A stretch of 64,000 bases of DNA, taken from assembly GCA_963765765.1 (NCBI GenBank), contig CAVXYC010000021.1:60591-124590 (forward strand), read 5' to 3'. A model generated the notes under the pieces. The model ran no database searches and was not told where the DNA came from. It worked only from the letters and a program-made list of their open reading frames with translations. The DNA is from an uncultured Chloroflexia bacterium. Its GTDB lineage: Bacteria; Chloroflexota; UBA6077; JACCZL01. The translations under genes and the position numbers were made by a program. Of this stretch, positions 42,124-52,102 are shown one piece after another (position 1 is the stretch's first letter; every line of letters starts with the position of its first letter).

Positions 42124-43337
42124 CTAGAGCAATCCGGTGGGGGCCAGCAGAAGCACGAGAAGTCCCGCCACGATCTCGATGGTCCCCAGCCCGACGGCGA
42201 TTCCAAACCCAGCCGCTCCTACCGCGTGGCCGCGCGATATGGAGCTCGCACTCCGGATTCCGACGGCAATTGCGCCGACGGCGACACCAATGATGGCGAG
42301 GGGCACCGTGAGGTTGATCAGCAGCAGCATGAGATTCTCGTAAGGGAATATGCCGCCCGAGATCTGATCGAGATTGCTGGGATCTCCGGCTCCCGTGAAG
42401 ATACCGTCGACCAGAAGCACGTAGGTCGGAAGGCTGGCCGCCAGATAGGCGTTCACCAGCGTCATGGCCAGATAGAACAGCGGGCCGAGAACGCCAACCA
42501 GATACGATCCGACAATGAAGACGGCTCGTCGGCCACCGTCCGTATTCGGCGGAAGGATGCGGGACACCGCGTAACCTACCGCCGCCCAGAGCAAAACATT
42601 CCGCAAAAGGAAGTCGACATGCGGCTTCAGCTCGTACGTCGTTCCGACACTCGCCAGGTCGCGGCTTTGCTGAATCAGTGTGCCAAGGTTCGGATCGAGA
42701 GCCATAAACAACGACAGGACGTAGCCCCGGCTGGGCTGCGTGGAATTTCCCTGGCCCAACGCCAGTGAGCCATTCACCGCATGCTCGAGAGGCTGGGGCT
42801 GCTCTCAGTCATTGCGCGGAAACGAGCCAGCACATGCTGAAACGATTCCTCGGGCAAAGCACGGATGACAACACCCAGCTCAGCACGCTTGATCCCGTCC
42901 TTTGTGAGGGACGAGGGCAGTGCACCACGCACGGCCTGGATTCGCGTCGCGGTATCGACCAGCGCACCTGGGGGATCGAACATCAGGAACGCCGGCGCCG
43001 TGAAGTATGCTCTGACAAGCTGTTGCGGAAGCGCCCAGTGCATGGTGAACAGCACGAAGCTGAGGGCAATTCCCTGCAGCATGAAGGCGACACCCTGCTT
43101 TGGACTCTCAGCCGCGGCGTAGTCCAGATGGCGGAAGTAGTCGAAGGGCGACCGTACGATCAGGCGGAATTTCCGACCGTAAGACGGTAGATCGGCGATC
43201 AGCTTCTGAAGCTTGATCTCCGCCCCGGCGACCTGGGCGAGCAGCGACGTCTCAGGTGGCGAGAGGGCTTCGCCGCAATAGCGGCACTTCACTGCGGCGT
43301 CCTGAATCTCTTCAGCGCACTTGGGGCAACGCTTCAT
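42124..43337 (-). CDS. Zinc-ribbon-containing membrane protein (probable frameshift near 42780)
   Basis: MKRCPKCAEEIQDAAVKCRYCG, then hydrophobic segments continuing in ORF 42124-42777. Confidence 0.6.
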
Positions 43338-43481
43338 CGCCGAGCTGGCCCCCCGGTCCGGCGCGGTAGGCACCGGCTACTGGCGGGGAGTGTACGCCTA
43401 CCAGAAGCAGAGGGCAACGGCGTCAGGTTGCTCGAATCCCGACGCCTGCCTCTGCACTGAAGGGGCTGGAACAGAACGAGG

Positions 43482-43697
43482 CTAGCTGCCTCCGAGGTTC
43501 CGCTGAGCGTCCTCAACGAACTGCTGGTGCAGATCTGGCGGGGCGATTTCCAGGAACTCTGTGTCTTCCTCCGCCACGCCAGTATGACCCGGCGGCATGT
43601 AGTAGGTGTCACCGGCTCGCAGCACCTCGTCACGATCGGCGTATGAGATGCGGAGCGCTCCTTTGATCACGTAGCCCCAGTGCGGACACTGGCAAAC
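43482..43697 (-). pseudogene. Cupin domain protein, 5'-truncated
   Basis: CQCPHWGYVIKG...LRAGDTYYMPPGH; no start codon, abuts the LLM gene stop. Confidence 0.65.
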
Positions 43698-43705
43698 CTA
43701 TGAGG

Positions 43706-45028
43706 CTACGCGAACGAGCTTACCGGCCAATCCAGCCCGTAATGCTCCCTCAACGTCGTGCCCTCGTAGCACGTGCGGAACAGCCCGCGCTTTTGCAGGA
43801 TTGGGATGACCTCGGCACTGAACACATCCAGCATTGCAGGCAGAATCGGCGGCATGATGTTGAATCCGTCCGCGGCTCCATCGGTGAACCAGTCCTCAAT
43901 GAGGTCAGCCACCTGCTCCGGAGCGCCAGCAAAGGTGAAGTGGCCGCGAGCGCCGGCAAGGCTTGCCAGAAGCTGCCGCAGCGTCGGCTTTTCGCGCCGC
44001 ACCAGGCCCAGAATCACTTCGGTGCGACTGCGCGCCGCCTCCACAGTGTCAGGATCCGGGAAATCATCCGGCGTGAGCGGCCGGTCCAGCGGCAGATGTG
44101 AGAAGTCGTAGCCGCCGAACCGTCCCGAGAGGCGCTTGCGTCCAACTTCCGGATCGGACAGCTCGTTCGTCTCGCGAGTCATACGCTCCGCCTCGGCCTC
44201 GGTGGAGGCGATCATCGGACTCAGCCCGGGCAGAATCAGCACCTGGTCCGGCTTCCGTCCTTCTTCAGCCACCAGCCGTTTGAGATCGGTGTAGAACGCT
44301 TGCGCGGTCGCCTTTTCCATGTGCGCGGTGAAAACGGCCTCGGCGTGTCGCGCGGCAAAGCGGCGACCGACTTCGGACGATCCCGCCTGCACGAGCACGG
44401 GTCGTCCCTGCGGCGTGCGCGGGAGGTTCAAGGGTCCCGCCACCTGGTAATGCTCGCCCACGTGGTTGATCGGGCGGATGCGATTCGGACTGGCGTAGCG
44501 ACCGCCCTCACGGTCATCCAGCACCGCGTCTTCGGCCCAGCTATCCCAGAGGCCCTTAATCACGGTCATGAATTCTTCGCCCTGAGTGTATCGGTCGTCG
44601 TGCCCGAGCTGACCGCGACCGCCGTAATTACTGGCCGCCGTGGCCAACCAAGAGGTGACGATATTCCAGCCCACGCGACCGTTGCTGATGTGATCCAGCG
44701 AGCCAAACTGCCGCGCCAGGTTGAACGGCTCCGTGTACGTGGTGGAGCAGGTGGCAATCAGCCCAATCCGACTCGTCACCGCGGCCACCGCCGCCAGTAC
44801 CGTCACGGGCTCCAGCCAGGTGCGCGCCGCCTGCGCCGCGTCATCCCCCAATGCAAGCTGATCCGCCAGAAAGATCGCATCGAACAGCCCCGCCTCCGCG
44901 CGCTGCGCCAGGTCCTGGTAATAACGGATGTCGGTCAACGCCAACGGCGACGCCAGCGGATGCCGCCACGACGCCTCGTGATGCCCGCGGCTATGGATGA
45001 ATAGGTTCAGATGCAGCTGCCGCGTCAT
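43706..45028 (-). CDS. NtaA/SnaA/DszA-family FMNH2-dependent monooxygenase
   Basis: HHEASWRHP, LFDAIFLAD, EPFNLARQFGSLDHISNGRVGWNIVTS, PQGRPVLVQAGSS, DGFNIMP, TLREHYGL. Confidence 0.93.
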   Translation of the reverse strand: MTRQLHLNLFIHSRGHHEASWRHPLASPLALTDIRYYQDLAQRAEAGLFDAIFLADQLALGDDAAQAARTWLEPVTVLAAVAAVTSRIGLIATCSTTYTEPFNLARQFGSLDHISNGRVGWNIVTSWLATAASNYGGRGQLGHDDRYTQGEEFMTVIKGLWDSWAEDAVLDDREGGRYASPNRIRPINHVGEHYQVAGPLNLPRTPQGRPVLVQAGSSEVGRRFAARHAEAVFTAHMEKATAQAFYTDLKRLVAEEGRKPDQVLILPGLSPMIASTEAEAERMTRETNELSDPEVGRKRLSGRFGGYDFSHLPLDRPLTPDDFPDPDTVEAARSRTEVILGLVRREKPTLRQLLASLAGARGHFTFAGAPEQVADLIEDWFTDGAADGFNIMPPILPAMLDVFSAEVIPILQKRGLFRTCYEGTTLREHYGLDWPVSSFA

Positions 45029-45344
45029 GACGCACCATCATCATTGAGTGTTCGTGCAGATCAGAATAGCAACTTCATTCTCAAGTCCGCACAACCACTG
45101 ATGACAGGTTGTCCCTAGCGATCAGCTCGATGGGTTGCCAACGTCGGTAGTGCAGGGAGCCCGCGCTGCACGGCGAGTAAGATCAGAAGATGGCGTAGCT
45201 ATTGCGCGCAAACTTCTCGTGGCGGAGCATGAAGATACAGATATGAGGATTCGCGACGCACAGACTTGGCGTCCTCCTCCGGACCAGGCCGACGCGGTTT
45301 CTCGGACGGCTGTGACCCTGGGAGAGTCAGCAGGAGGCAATGGA

Positions 45345-45884
45345 ATGAGCAGCTCCACGCAGCGTGACCCGGCGGAGCGCAGTGCCGTGATGAGACTGTT
45401 TTACCGAGACTGGCGCCCGACGAGACTTGGTCGCTGGGTGAACCGGTTGCAAGGCTGGTGGTCCGCTCTAGGGCTGCCGCCCGCGTTGATGGCTGCTCTG
45501 GAAGTCCGTGGGCGCGTATCCGGGCGAAAGCGATCCATCCCCGTGGTGATCGCAGTCGTGGATGGGAAACGCTACCTCGTTTCGATGCTGGGTCCGAAGT
45601 CTGATTGGGTGCTAAACGTGGAGGCCGCGCACGGCAAAGCAGTGATTCGTCAGGGGCGCAAACGTCGCGTTCACCTCGTTGCGCTGTCACCTGAGCAGAG
45701 AGCGCCAATCCTGCGAGAGTACGTGCGCATTGCTCCTAGCGGCCGCCAGCATTTCCCGATCGGGGTCGACGCCCCACTGACCGACTTCGAGGCCATCGCG
45801 GAACGGTACCCCGTGTACCGGATCGATCCTCCGCAGCCATCCGCTCATCGCCACTCGGCTCACGGACATCGGCGGTTCCCATGA
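45345..45884 (+). CDS. Deazaflavin (F420)-dependent nitroreductase-family oxidoreductase
   Basis: LEVRGRVSGRKRSIPV, DWVLNVEAA, YPVYRI. Confidence 0.75.
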   Translation: MSSSTQRDPAERSAVMRLFYRDWRPTRLGRWVNRLQGWWSALGLPPALMAALEVRGRVSGRKRSIPVVIAVVDGKRYLVSMLGPKSDWVLNVEAAHGKAVIRQGRKRRVHLVALSPEQRAPILREYVRIAPSGRQHFPIGVDAPLTDFEAIAERYPVYRIDPPQPSAHRHSAHGHRRFP

Positions 45885-45958
45885 ACTTCACCGCAGTCTC
45901 GTCCCATGAGTCTCTCGAGCCAGAAATGATAGTAGTCCAAGGCGTCCAAATCAGACTG

Positions 45959-46038
45959 CCGTGGGCGGGACTCCGTGCCCGCGAGTCCCCGATTTGGCCG
46001 GGTTGAGAGACTCGCGGGCACGGAGTCCCGCTCTACGG
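45959..46038. repeat. GTAG-type REP inverted doublet
   Basis: ccgtgggcgggactccgtgcccgcgagtc ... gactcgcgggcacggagtcccgctctacgg, between convergent genes. Confidence 0.8.
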
Positions 46039-46165
46039 AGGCCCTGACGCGATGCTATCGGACCGATCTAATGGAGCATCACTGCGCTCAGGCACGCCAC
46101 CACGGCCTGAGCCGCGATAGCTCTTGAAACACATTTGTCCGTGGTCGGAACCAAACGGCCGCTCG

Positions 46166-46207
46166 AAAAACAGAGAGCGCGGCCGGTGACGGGCTGCGCT
46201 CTCTGTT
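46166..46207 (-). terminator. Intrinsic terminator
   Basis: Stem aacagagagcgcggcc/ggctgcgctctctgtt with a T-run on the minus strand, after the solute-binding protein gene. Confidence 0.75.
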
Positions 46208-46229
46208 CTACAACAACGGCCCGCGACCG

Positions 46230-47404
46230 CTAGCGGAACAGTGCCTTATCGAATATCTCTATGTACTCGTTGTTGCGGGCGATCTGCTCGTCGGTTCGCT
46301 TGGACGGCCTCACCTGGTCGATGGGTGGCTGGCCGGCGGGCGGGGGGATTCCGGGGAGCGCCGCGTAGGAGTTTTGAATCTCCACCACGGCTCGCTGCCC
46401 CTCCTCAGAGAGGAGCCATGAGACAAACGTCTTGGCCGCGTCCTGCCCGGGCGCATCCTTGACCACGCCAACGGTGCTCTCCTGAATAGATGTGCCTCCG
46501 TCTGTCAGGTAGACGACCTTGACCGGGGCGATCTGCGACATATCGAAAAGCTCTGACGTGATTGTCACCGGGTAAAAGAGCGCGTACTCGCCACGGGCGA
46601 TCTGCGACGGTGCCGCATCCCGGTCACGCGTAAACGTCGTCTCTTGCGACTTGAGCCGGCAAGCCACTGATCGCCAAGCTGCACGTAATTGATCGTGCCC
46701 ACGTCCAGGCCGGGCCCGCCGCCTCGGGGATCCTCGAAGAGCAGCTTCCCTTTGCCCTTCCAGAACGGCTCGAGAAGGTCCAGGCGGCCGGATGGAATCT
46801 TGTCAGCCGGGACCAGGTCCGTGTTGACAAAGGCCGAGAAGAGACTGACCCTGTAAGACCAGCGCGTCTTGCCATTGGTGAGGCCGGCCGGGGGAATCAG
46901 CGCCGCCGTAGGCGGCCCTTCCCACTCCGTCAAGTCGCCTTGCTTCTCGTAGGTAGACATGGTCGTTTGGCCGTGCACCGCCACATTCGCCACGTACTTC
47001 CCGCTTGCCTTTTCGGCGGAGAGACGCTGAAGCATCTCGGGCCCGCGCAGATTGACCTTTTCAATCTGGATTTCCGGATAGTGCTTGCGGAACTCCGGGA
47101 TCATCCCGTCCCACTCAGGACCAACTCCGCCGTAGATCACCACATTCGTTTGCCTGGCCGCCTTGGCTTTCTCGTAGTAGCCATTAATGGCGGCCGTGAC
47201 TTCCGCAGCACCGGGTCCGCCACTGGTCTGTGCCGCCGCGGGAATACCCGGCATTCCGGCTGCCGGCGATGCCGCCGCCCCGGGTGACGCTGCCGCGGCA
47301 GGGGCCGAGGTCGGTTCGGCCGGCGCTGGCGTGGGACTGGCCGGCGCAGGCGAGCTGCACGCAACAGCAAGCAATGATGCGAGCAGGGTGAAGAGAACGC
47401 GCAT
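46230..47404 (-). CDS. Orphan ABC solute-binding lipoprotein, Fe3+/AfuA-like (frameshift near 46660)
   Basis: Lipobox LAVAC, Pro/Ala linker, FRKHYPEI, VNTDLVP, DLLEPFWKG, AAKTFVSWLLSEEGQ. Confidence 0.85.
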
Positions 47405-47560
47405 TACTGGGATATACCTCCATCAAATCCGGGTCCGATTGCGGTCAATCAGCCAATGGACTGAGAACTCTCAATAGTAACCAATTCCAGAGCTCATCTC
47501 GTGTGACCTCAGACCGACGAATGAGCCCAGAATGGATGGGTCAATCCACCGGCTGGTCGC

Positions 47561-47661
47561 CGTAGCACGGGCCCTTGTGGCCTGTGCCTGGGATTCACCG
47601 GCCACGATCACGTTTCGGTGAAGAGGCGCTCCAGGCACAGGTCAGAATGGCCCGTGCTACG
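47561..47661. repeat. GTAG-type REP doublet (family C)
   Basis: cgtagcacgggcccttgtggcctgtgcctgg ... ccaggcacaggtcagaatggcccgtgctacg. Confidence 0.75.
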
Positions 47662-47762
47662 AGTGACAACTCCCATCTGTTCGCATTCTCAACAGCCGCA
47701 ATCGCGCCCCGGCGAGCAAACGAGTATGCTCCCTGACGATCGCTCGAGTGGAGGAGACAGTC

Positions 47763-48320
47763 ATGGCCGAGACACCGACGTTTGGACGGTATGCCGAGAT
47801 TCCCTACGATGATATGACGCCCGAGCAGCAGGAAGGCTATCGGCTGATCAACGAGGCGCGCGGACGCCTGCCCGGTCCCAACAAGATCTACGTGCACAAC
47901 CCCGGCCTGGCCAAGGTGATGGCCCCGCTTGGCGCGTACTACCGCACCGGCTATTCGCTGAGCGAGCGTGAGCGTGAGATCGCCGTCTGCGTCATCTGCA
48001 GTAAGTTCCATTCCGCCTACCCCACCAACGCGCACGAGCTGGCGGCCAAAGCAGCCGGGGTTCCCGATGACAAGGTCGAGGCGATCCTCACAGGCCTGCC
48101 CACGTCCTTCACGGATACGCGTGAGCAGGTCATCTACGAGATGGCCACCTGCCTCGCCAATGCCCGCTGGGTCTCCAAAGGCCTCTACGATCGCGCCGTC
48201 GAAGCGCTCGGCCATGAAGGCATTACCGACGTGATCACTCTGATGGGCTTCTACACCAGCGTGTCGATGACGCTGGCGTTCTATGACGTGCCGGCTGGCG
48301 CTATGGGCATGGAGCGCTAA
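47763..48320 (+). CDS. Carboxymuconolactone decarboxylase family protein
   Basis: GRLPGP, LSEREREIAV, AHELAAKAAG, MGFYTSVSMTL; RBS ggagg. Confidence 0.85.
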   Translation: MAETPTFGRYAEIPYDDMTPEQQEGYRLINEARGRLPGPNKIYVHNPGLAKVMAPLGAYYRTGYSLSEREREIAVCVICSKFHSAYPTNAHELAAKAAGVPDDKVEAILTGLPTSFTDTREQVIYEMATCLANARWVSKGLYDRAVEALGHEGITDVITLMGFYTSVSMTLAFYDVPAGAMGMER

Positions 48321-48342
48321 TAGGCAGCCCATCAATAAGATG

Positions 48343-48378
48343 AAAAAAGGATGCGATGTGGACACCCACATCGCATCC
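48343..48378 (-). terminator. Intrinsic terminator between convergent genes
   Basis: 13-bp stem ggatgcgatgtgg/ccacatcgcatcc with T6 on the minus strand. Confidence 0.75.
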
Positions 48379-48430
48379 ATCGAATGATCTAAAGATCGTC
48401 ACGACCAACACGGTCACACTGGGCGAAGCG

Positions 48431-48926
48431 CTACCAGTCGGCCGTCCCCGGCTCTCCCTTGAAGGGTCCGGCGATGTCTTTGGTGACGAATCCGTACAGG
48501 CGGGGCGTATCGCTGAAGACCTGTTCACCGTCGACGGTGCACGAGTCCATCAGGTGCGGGTAAAAAGCGAGATGCTCTCGAATAACTTCAGAGTTCTCTG
48601 TGGGGTTTGGGTATGACCATACCGCGTTGACAGCTTCGCGCTCACCGTGCTTGACGGTGAAGTACTCCGCTGCCCCCTTCCATGGTCAAGTGCTGGTCCG
48701 CTCCGAATGCTCCAGCAGCTCCATCCGCACATCTTCGCGCGGGATGTAGAACACGGGCGGGATACCGCGCTCTAGAAGCCGTTGCGCGTTGCGCGTATCC
48801 GCCACAACAACGCCGTCGAAGGTGATCTGGATGTGCCCGGCTGGACGGCTCAATGCGCGTTTCGACCGGATAATCCCAGACGGATTCTTGCCCGGGCGCT
48901 GGCTTGGGTGGTCCGTTCACTGTCAT
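48431..48926 (-). CDS. DUF427 domain protein (frameshifted)
   Basis: PGQESVWDYP, FYIPREDV, WKG, VWSYPNP, LAFYP, GPFKGEPG..W across frames. Confidence 0.8.
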
Positions 48927-49093
48927 CGTGAAGCACCTCTTTTCATCGCGAACGCCGTTACTGGTACGGCGAATACTCCTGTAGCGTAGCGCAAACTCTG
49001 GACTGGTGCGGACAATTTGCGATAATGGAGCATGTACCAAATTACACACGGTGCGTCTCTCTGGAAACGCTGACCGGTGCGGAATTGCAGGAA

Positions 49094-50140
49094 ATGACCG
49101 AATCAGTCCGGCGGCTCACCAGCTTCTCTCACGGCGCCGGTTGAGCGTGCAAGCTCAGCCCGGCTGAGCTGGTGCAGGTGCTGCGCCACATCCCCCAATC
49201 AATCGATCCACGCGCCCTCGTCGGAGTGGGCACGCGGGACGATGCCGCCGTTTACAAGCTGACGGATGAGCTCGCAATCGTTGCAACGGTCGATTACATC
49301 ACCCCCGTTGTGGATGATCCGTACGCCTTCGGCCAGATCGCGGCCGCCAACGCCCTGAGCGACGTGTTTGCCATGGGTGCCGAGGCGTTGTTCGCGCTCA
49401 ACGTTGCGAATTTCCCGCGTGAGGCGCTGCCGCTGGAGCAGCTTGGCGACATCATTCGCGGCGGCGTCGATAAAGCGGCGGAGGCCGGCGTGGCCGTACT
49501 CGGTGGCCACACCGTGGATGACCCCGAAATCAAATATGGCATGAGCGCCATCGGCATGGTGCACCCCGAGCGAATTATTCGGAACGTCGGCGGCCAGGCC
49601 GGAGATAAGCTTGTGCTCACCAAGCCCATCGGCACCGGGGTCGTCACCACCGCTATCAAAGTCGGTGCGGAGACCGAAGAACAGCGCGAGGCGGCAGTTC
49701 GTTCGATGTCCATGCTCAATCTCGGCGCCGCTCGGGCAATGCTCGCCGTGGGCGTGCACGCCGCCACGGACGTCACGGGCTTCGGGCTACTGGGCCATCT
49801 CTCTGAAATGCTGACGGCGTCGTCGATCGACGCCACCCTATGGGCCGATCAGATCCCACTTCTTCCGGGCGTACGAAGCCTGGCAGAGGAGGGGGCGATT
49901 CCGGGCGGTTCCCGCAGAAATCTGGATGCATTAGGCACGGTGATTCAGTGGGATTCCGATCTTACGGAGCTCGATCGCCTCGTGCTATGCGACGCACAGA
50001 CATCGGGCGGTATGCTGATGGCGGTCCCGTCGGGGCTGCTGGATGCGCTCCTTCATGAGCTCCAGCAGGAAGGCGTCATTGTCGCGGCCGTCATCGGGGA
50101 GCTTCAAGATGGTGCGGGGCGCATCCACGTTCACCGTTGA
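49094..50140 (+). CDS. selD: Selenophosphate synthetase SelD/SenC, selenocysteine-containing (Sec17)
   Basis: MTESVRRLTSFSHGAG-TGA-ACKL is in frame with ORF 49172-50140; DDAAVY, TVDYITPVVDDP, AANALSD, GGHT, DVTGFGLLGH, DAQTSGG. Confidence 0.95.
49169..49189 (+). promoter_or_regulatory. Bacterial SECIS-like hairpin
   Basis: ggtgcag-gtg-ctgcgcc stem-loop with a G-led loop 33 nt after the UGA, resembling the GCAGGUCUGC apex of the E. coli fdhF SECIS; a second hairpin lies at 49152-49170. Confidence 0.65.
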
Positions 50141-50361
50141 ACGTGTCCGGCAATCATTCGCACGCCCACCCTGCAATTGTCCCGAGCTCAGGATTACAGC
50201 ATGACTCCGGAGTGCATCGAACTTTGAACCGCAGAAGGCTAGCGCCAGCTCTCATTCCTGGCGTTCAAAGAGTGATATGTGGGATGCGGCGCGTCGCACT
50301 CAATCTCGACCGTTAGGAACGACCACTGACGATTACCAGTCGCGCTCAAGAGACCGAAGAC

Positions 50362-51129
50362 GTGGCATCCACCGGTAGCGTTCCCGTTATCACCGCGGAT
50401 GGGCTCGGAAAGCGCTACCCAAACGGGGTCGCCGCTCTTCGAGACGTCTCGATAACCGTCCGAGCCGGTGAAGTCATTGGGCTTCTCGGTCGGAGTGGAA
50501 GTGGCAAGACCACCCTCTTCCGACTGCTGGTCGGCGCATTGCGACCAACAAGCGGCCAGCTCTCTGTGCTTGGCGCCGATGTGTCCATGGCGCATGGTGC
50601 GTCGCTGCGGGCCCTCCGCAGGCGAATCGCCTGGGTAACGCAGCAACACAATCTCGTCCCCAGTTTGTCAACCGCTCACAACGTCCTACTCGGACAGATC
50701 GGACGTGAGCCGTTGTGGCGCGTGCTGCTCCAATTGTTGTGGTTGCCCGAGCGTGACCGGCGCGCGGCATTCGACGTACTCAACGAGCTTGGAATCGCCG
50801 ATAAGCTCTACGAACGAGCAGACGATTTGTCGGGCGGACAGCAGCAGCGGGTGGCCGTGGCACGGGCGATTCTCGGGAAGCCGGAGCTCGTTCTGGCGGA
50901 TGAGCCGGTCGCTTCCGTGGATGCTCGAACGGCTGAAGAGGTACTGATGGCCCTCTTGCGGCTCAACGCCCAGCACGACGCCACGGTGTTGTTGAGTCTC
51001 CATCAACCCGAGGTGGCGCTTCGATTGTGCCCACGCATCGTGGTCCTGGAGCGCGGGTCCATCGTCTTTGACGGTCCCCCTGAGCGGAATCGATCAGGGG
51101 CGACTCTATCAGCTTGCCGACGATACTGA
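50362..51129 (+). CDS. PhnC-like ABC ATP-binding protein (C-terminus probably extends to about 51187 via an indel)
   Basis: GRSGSGKTT, QQHNLVP, NVLLG, LSGGQQQRVAVARA, LADEPVASVD, SLHQ. Confidence 0.9.
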   Translation: MASTGSVPVITADGLGKRYPNGVAALRDVSITVRAGEVIGLLGRSGSGKTTLFRLLVGALRPTSGQLSVLGADVSMAHGASLRALRRRIAWVTQQHNLVPSLSTAHNVLLGQIGREPLWRVLLQLLWLPERDRRAAFDVLNELGIADKLYERADDLSGGQQQRVAVARAILGKPELVLADEPVASVDARTAEEVLMALLRLNAQHDATVLLSLHQPEVALRLCPRIVVLERGSIVFDGPPERNRSGATLSACRRY

Positions 51130-51146
51130 CACGGAGGAGGAGCGTA

Positions 51147-52099
51147 GTGCAGAACGCGCGGAGCTATACCCAGCGCCCAACATTTGAAGATGTACGGGGG
51201 CCGGGCTTTAGCGCCATCAATTTGGTCCTCGCGCTCGTTATCGGCGGCGTGGTGGCCGTTTCGTTCCAGCAGAGCCACGTATCCATCACCGAGCCGTTTA
51301 CCGCGCAGAATGCCAAGAGTGTCGCCCGGTTCGTTTCGGGGCTGTTTCCTCCCGCGACGGCGCCCGACTTCCTGCAGGGCATCGGCGGACTCATCCTCGA
51401 GACGATCTGGATCTCCATCGCAGGAACGGTGATTGCCTTTGTTCTCGCTGTGCCGCTGGCGCTTGGCGCTCTGCGGACGCGCGGTGAAGAGACCTCGATG
51501 CGGGCGGTGGGGCTCCCGAGCTGGCTGCTGCGCTGGACCGTTTTCGGCGCATCGACGGCTCCTGTTGAATCTTGGCCGAGCGATTCCCGAGCTTGTCTGG
51601 GCACTGGTCTTTGTCGTCTCCGTCGGATTGGGTCCCTTCCCCGGTGTCCTGGCGCTCGCCGTCCACAGCGCGGGTGTCCTTGGGAAGCTGTATGCGGAGA
51701 TGCTCGAGTCCGTGGACCAGCGGGTGGTGGAGGCTTCGCGCGCCACCGGAGCCACGGAAGGCAGCGGTCACGCTGCTTTCCCGTATCCCGCTGGCGTTGC
51801 CAACCCTGCTCTCCTATACGCTCTTCCGCTGGGAGTGCAATATGCGCGCGGCCACCGTGCTGGGGTTCGTTGGCGCGGGCGGCATCGGTACGCAGCTGGG
51901 CATCAGCATGAAGCTGTTTCGCTATGACGAAGTACTCACATTGGCCATCGGCATCTTTCTCCTCGTGACGCTGGTTGACCTGGTCGGTAGCATCATTCGG
52001 GCTCGGATTCTGGATACCCCAACCATCACCTGCTCACCGCAGGACCAGCCCGATTTGCCCAATCGCACCACCGGCGCGTTCGGTCGAGCGGAGGGCTAG
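51147..52099 (+). CDS. PhnE/PtxC-like ABC permease (two frameshifts)
   Basis: LFPP, ETIWISIAGT, RAIPELVWALVFV..VGLGPFPGVLALAVHSAGVLGKLYAE, RWECNMRAATVLGFVGAGGIG; RBS ggaggagg before the GTG. Confidence 0.88.
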
Positions 52100-52102
52100 C
52101 AG

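Noticed and set aside
47405-47560. Riboswitch upstream of the orphan solute-binding protein
   Set aside because: Some pairing is possible, but I found no TPP, cobalamin, SAM or FMN consensus.
50201-50242. Mini-ORF MTPECIEL-TGA-TAEG as a selenopeptide
   Set aside because: Only 13 codons, no clear RBS, no CxxU spacing and no SECIS-like apical loop; likely chance.
50362-52099. Calling the ABC pair a phosphonate utilisation (phn) operon
   Set aside because: No phnD, C-P lyase or ptxD genes; the context is selenium metabolism, so gene symbols were withheld.
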